Below are positions 17,234-20,994 of a DNA stretch of 20,994 bases, in pieces. The stretch is taken from positions 3,188-24,181 of the forward strand of contig CAYLZE010000076.1 in NCBI GenBank assembly GCA_964388035.1, written 5' to 3'. The stretch comes from an uncultured archaeon. Lineage in GTDB: Archaea; Asgardarchaeota; Lokiarchaeia; Sigyniarchaeales; SOKP01. Under the pieces are notes generated by a model that was not told the DNA's origin, ran no database searches, and was given only the letters and a program-made list of their open reading frames with translations. How positions within the stretch are numbered: position 1 is the first letter of the stretch; each line of letters opens with the position of its first letter. The position numbers were made by a program, and so were the translations under genes.

Positions 17234-18289
17234 TTGGGTGTAAAAATTAATGAATTGGTAAAAGAAATAAAACGACCCATCACCTTTGAAAATTTGCACA
17301 ATCGTAAGATCGCAATTGATGCATTTAATACCATTTATCAATTTTTAGCGATAATACGACAACCCGATGGAACCCCTTTAAAGGATTATAAAGGTAATAT
17401 TACGTCCCACCTATCTGGGTTATTTTATAGAACTATTAATTTTCTTGAGTACAATACCAAACCCATTTATGTTTTTGATGGAGAACCCTCTGTCCTAAAA
17501 TTTGACACCATTAAAGAGCGCAAGCAAGTCAAGAAAGAAGCTAGAGAGAAAATGATTAAAGCCCAAGATGAGGGAAATCTAGCAGAAGCAAAAAAATATG
17601 CTCAAATGACCTCAAAGTTAAGTTCTGATATGATAGAAGAAAGTAAAAAATTAATCCACTCTTTAGGAATTCCAATAGTAGAAGCAAAATCAGAAGGAGA
17701 AGCACAATCAGCTTATTTAGTGGAAAAAGGAGAGGCTTGGGCTTGTGCTTCTCAAGATTATGATACCCTACTCTTTGGAGGAGAGAGATTATTAAGAAAC
17801 TTTGCAATTGGGCGCAGTAAAAAGGTAAAACAAACAACAATTACTCTGGATATTGAATATATCTCCTTACCTAAATTTTTGGAGAAATTAGAAATCTCAA
17901 GAGAACAGCTCATAGATATGGGCATCATGATCGGAACAGACTTCCATCCGGGAATAAAAGGTATTGGTCAGCATAAGGCATTAGAGTTAATTAAAAAATA
18001 TGAGAATCTTGAAACTATCATGGAAAAGGAAGAATCACTAAAAGGAAAATGGGATGATTTGCCCATAGAATTGATAGAACAAGTTAGGACCTTATTTCTA
18101 TCTCCTAAAGTAAGCGAAACCTATCCCGCCCTCAAATGGCAGAAAGTTAATTATGAAGAAGTGGAAGAACTATTAGTTGAAAAACACGATTTTTCCAAAC
18201 AAAGAGTAGAACACGCTTTAGAACGAATAAAAAAACTAGATTCCAGTTTTACACAAGTTTCTCTCTCAGAGTGGATGAAGGGAAAATGA
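17234..18289 (+). CDS. fen: Flap endonuclease 1
   Basis: TTG start giving MGV; AIDAFNTIYQFLAIIRQPDG, TSHLSGLFYRT, VFDG, EGEAQ, SQDYDTLLFG, GTDF..GIKGIG; C-terminal PIP box QVSLSEWM. Confidence 0.98.
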   Translation: MGVKINELVKEIKRPITFENLHNRKIAIDAFNTIYQFLAIIRQPDGTPLKDYKGNITSHLSGLFYRTINFLEYNTKPIYVFDGEPSVLKFDTIKERKQVKKEAREKMIKAQDEGNLAEAKKYAQMTSKLSSDMIEESKKLIHSLGIPIVEAKSEGEAQSAYLVEKGEAWACASQDYDTLLFGGERLLRNFAIGRSKKVKQTTITLDIEYISLPKFLEKLEISREQLIDMGIMIGTDFHPGIKGIGQHKALELIKKYENLETIMEKEESLKGKWDDLPIELIEQVRTLFLSPKVSETYPALKWQKVNYEEVEELLVEKHDFSKQRVEHALERIKKLDSSFTQVSLSEWMKGK

Positions 18290-18344
18290 TAATAGAAAAA
18301 TATTTTCAGAAGGTAGCATTATTATTAGTAAAGATATAGATAAA

Positions 18345-18352
18345 TTTTATAA
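18345..18352 (+). promoter_or_regulatory. Candidate TATA box (TTTTATAA) for a probably leaderless cdc48 transcript
   Basis: Ends 26 nt upstream of ATG 18379, is preceded by a purine-rich BRE-like GATAAA, and no SD precedes the ATG. Confidence 0.4.
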
Positions 18353-18378
18353 TAAACGTTTTACGGGTTCGGTTAAAA

Positions 18379-20628
18379 ATGGCTTCAAAAGATACCAATG
18401 ATGATAATAATAAGGATAAGAGTGATAAAGAACCTGAGGAGACCAAGGTCCTCTTGCGAGTACAAAAAGCTAAAAAGAGAGATATCGGAAGAAATATAAT
18501 TCGTATTGACCCAAAGACCATGGAAAAGTTAAATATCAATACGGGAGATGTCATCGCTATTAATGGCAAGAAAGAAAGTGCTGGTATTGCTTGGCCTTCT
18601 TATCCTCAAGATAATGGTTTGGGAATTGTACGATTTGATTCTCGCTTAAGGAAAAATACGGGTTCTAGTATCGATGATACGGTTGAAGTTAGAAAGGTCA
18701 ATGCCAGCGTGGCACAGTCCATTGTATTAGCTCCCGCAAACGTGAGAATCAGAACTAACCCGCGCTTCGAAACATTTGTTAAAAGGAAACTTAATAATTT
18801 TCCCGTGACTTTAGATGACATAATCCTCATTTCCATAGGTATCAGTAGAGAAATCACGTTTAAAGTGATTAATATACGACCTAAAGGTGTTTGTATTATT
18901 AAACCTGATACTGCTTTACATATTAGCGAATATGTTACAGAAGAAGAGGAAAAAGGAACAAGTTATGTTACTTACGAGGATGTGGGAGGCTTGGACAGGG
19001 AGATCCAAAAAGTTCGTGAAATGGTAGAATTGCCCTTACGGCATCCCTCACTTTTCAAAAGACTGGGAATTGATCCTCCCAAAGGAGTTCTTTTGAGGGG
19101 ACCCCCCGGATGTGGTAAAACTTTATTGGCAAAAGCTGTGGCCAATGAAAGTGAAGCGAATTTTATATCAATTAATGGACCAGAAATAATGAGCAAGTTT
19201 TATGGAGAATCCGAAAAAAAGCTACGTAAGATTTTTATAGAAGCGGAGGAAAAAAGCCCTTCCATTATTTTCATTGATGAGATCGATGCAATTGCACCAA
19301 AGCGAGAAACAGTGACAGGAGAGGTGGAACGCCGGGTTGTTGCACAATTATTGGCTCTCATGGATGGATTGCATTCTCGAGGAAGAGTAATCGTCATCGG
19401 AGCTACTAATAGGCCCAATAGTCTGGATTCAGCATTAAGGAGACCTGGACGGTTTGATCGGGAAATTGAAATAAAGGTACCCAATGAAAAAGGAAGGAGA
19501 GAGATTTTTCAAATACATACGAGGAACATGCCATTAGATAGAAAGATCTCCTTGAAAGAGTATTCAAAAATCACGCATGGATTTGTTGGGGCAGATATTT
19601 CCGCGGTATGTCGTGAAGCTGCGATGTCTGCTCTAAGAAGATATCTACCTCGTATTGATTTAGAATCTGAAATTATAGACCCAGAATTATTAGAAGAAAT
19701 TGAAGTTACAAAAGAGGATTTTGACGAGGCATTGAAAGAGGTCTTACCCTCGGGAATTAGAGAAGTATTCGTGGAAGTTCCTAATGTACACTGGGATCAG
19801 GTAGGTGGACTTGATGATTTAAAGCAAAGGTTAATAGAAGCCGTGGATTGGCCGTTATCCAATCCCCAAATTTTCAAGCGCATGGGAATACGCCCTCCCA
19901 AGGGAATTTTGTTGTTTGGTCCTCCTGGTTGTGGAAAAACTTTATTAGCTCGTGCCGTAGCGACTGAAAGTAAAGCTAATTTCATCTCTATCAAAGGTCC
20001 TGAGCTTTTATCTAAATGGGTAGGTGAGAGTGAAAAAGCTATCAGAGAAGTATTTCGTAAAGCTAAAATGGCTGCCCCTTGCATCATTTTCTTTGATGAA
20101 TTTGATTCAATTGCTCCCAGTAGAGGACGCTATACATCTGATTCAGGAGTAACAGAAAAGGTATTATCTCAATTTTTAACAGAATTGGATGGACTCGAAA
20201 TAAATAAGGATATTATTGTGATAGCGGCTACAAATCGCCCAGATATCTTAGATCCTGCATTGATTCGACCGGGAAGAATCGATCGAATTCTGCTTGTCCC
20301 TCCCCCTGAAGCAAAAGGTAGGTTAGAGATATTGAAATTATTCACGGAAAAAATGCCGTTAGCTTCTAACTTGAAATTGGAGGACCTTTTAACCTTGACG
20401 GAAGGTTTTTCTGGAGCAGATATCGAGTCGTGGTGCAGGGAAGCAGCAATGAATTCCTTGCGTGAAAATATGAGAGCCCGCGTGGTAACCCTCGAACATT
20501 TCATGGAAGCTTGCAAGGTAATATCTAAATCTATTACACCAGAGCTTATCAAATATTATGAGAGCTTTGTTGAAACCTTAAAACACCAGAGAATTGAAAA
20601 GCAAAAAGAAGAAGGTCTATTTGTCTAA
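18379..20628 (+). CDS. cdc48: Cdc48/VCP/p97 family AAA+ ATPase
   Basis: N-domain (DIGRNIIRID..., LRKNTG), two AAA modules with GPPGCGKT, Walker B IFIDE/IFFDE, pore loops KFYGE/KWVGE and arginine fingers RRPGR/IRPGR. Confidence 0.98.
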   Translation: MASKDTNDDNNKDKSDKEPEETKVLLRVQKAKKRDIGRNIIRIDPKTMEKLNINTGDVIAINGKKESAGIAWPSYPQDNGLGIVRFDSRLRKNTGSSIDDTVEVRKVNASVAQSIVLAPANVRIRTNPRFETFVKRKLNNFPVTLDDIILISIGISREITFKVINIRPKGVCIIKPDTALHISEYVTEEEEKGTSYVTYEDVGGLDREIQKVREMVELPLRHPSLFKRLGIDPPKGVLLRGPPGCGKTLLAKAVANESEANFISINGPEIMSKFYGESEKKLRKIFIEAEEKSPSIIFIDEIDAIAPKRETVTGEVERRVVAQLLALMDGLHSRGRVIVIGATNRPNSLDSALRRPGRFDREIEIKVPNEKGRREIFQIHTRNMPLDRKISLKEYSKITHGFVGADISAVCREAAMSALRRYLPRIDLESEIIDPELLEEIEVTKEDFDEALKEVLPSGIREVFVEVPNVHWDQVGGLDDLKQRLIEAVDWPLSNPQIFKRMGIRPPKGILLFGPPGCGKTLLARAVATESKANFISIKGPELLSKWVGESEKAIREVFRKAKMAAPCIIFFDEFDSIAPSRGRYTSDSGVTEKVLSQFLTELDGLEINKDIIVIAATNRPDILDPALIRPGRIDRILLVPPPEAKGRLEILKLFTEKMPLASNLKLEDLLTLTEGFSGADIESWCREAAMNSLRENMRARVVTLEHFMEACKVISKSITPELIKYYESFVETLKHQRIEKQKEEGLFV

Positions 20629-20737
20629 TAATCCAACAAATTTAAGACACCTTCTTTATTTATTATTATAAAGTCTTATTCTTTTAATAAAAAGTTAAAT
20701 AATCGAATCTAAAATAAAAAACTAACAGGTAATTAAT

Positions 20738-20994
20738 TTGGAACGATGGAATATACAACCTATAATGAATTCACTCATTGATATCCTCATTAAAAATAAA
20801 GGGGAAATATTGGATAAGAGATTAGAAGAGCTATTAAAAAAAGAGTTTCCAATAAATAGCATTATTTTAGAAGACATTTTTCTAAAATTGGAAACTATGA
20901 ATATAATTAACGTGTTTAGGGTATCCAATACTAAAAAGATGATTGTATTAAAAAAAGATACTCCCGCACTTAGTCATGAGGTATTAGAGGATAG
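20738..20994 (+). CDS. Small winged-helix-like protein, 3'-partial (not in the ORF track)
   Basis: TTG at 20738 follows SD-like AGGTAA. The frame is open to the window end: MERWNIQPIMNSLIDILIKNKGEILDKRLEELLKKEFPINSIILEDIFLKLETMNIINVFRVSNTKKMIVLKKDTPALSHEVLED, a three-helix plus beta-hairpin pattern. Confidence 0.75.
   Translation, partial: MERWNIQPIMNSLIDILIKNKGEILDKRLEELLKKEFPINSIILEDIFLKLETMNIINVFRVSNTKKMIVLKKDTPALSHEVLED

Noticed and set aside
4585-17840. Other short overlapping ORFs (e.g. 5389-5655, 6932-7153, 10265-10585, 10682-10906, 13547-14825, 17556-17840)
   Set aside because: They lie within or largely overlap well-supported genes in other frames or strands and show no independent coding signal.
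18306-20552. Series of minus-strand ORFs within cdc48
   Set aside because: Antisense to a highly conserved gene, with no recognisable motifs.
20722-20928. 68-aa minus-strand ORF in the track
   Set aside because: Shadow of the plus-strand winged-helix ORF starting at 20738, which has an SD and a coherent fold pattern.
1-20994. tRNA, rRNA, SRP RNA or mobile elements
   Set aside because: Intergenic spaces are short and very AT-rich with no GC-rich stems, and no transposase or integrase motifs were seen.

Overview
AT-rich archaeal chromosome segment, most likely from an Asgard archaeon (Lokiarchaeia-like). This assignment is inferred from the archaeal-type SRP54, aIF5A, Nob1, FEN1 and Cdc48, the eukaryote-like GKHGHAK aIF5A motif, and a surface protein with WY..NG/FYAND repeats. 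Left (1-6757, + strand): a 5'-truncated giant surface protein (beta-helix, four Ig-like repeats, about 18 TM helices including a ~70-aa Glu-bearing hairpin repeat), a membrane-anchored coiled-coil/HhH protein and two small hypotheticals. Middle (6840-14818, - strand): a catabolic cluster (LsrK-like FGGY kinase, SCP2 lipid carrier, SerA2-like dehydrogenase, FucA-like class II aldolase), then AMMECR1, dihydroorotase, an apparently degenerate TrmY and SRP54. Right (14983-20994, + strand): aIF5A, NAD kinase, Nob1, FEN1, Cdc48 and a 3'-truncated winged-helix protein missing from the ORF track. No RNA genes, CRISPR arrays or mobile elements were seen. The most notable observations are the kinase-SCP2-dehydrogenase-aldolase cluster with altered active-site motifs, two genes that appear to start at ATT behind GGTGA Shine-Dalgarno motifs, the repeat-built polytopic surface protein and the pseudo-enzyme-like TrmY. 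Family comparisons are from memory of motifs; no searches were run.
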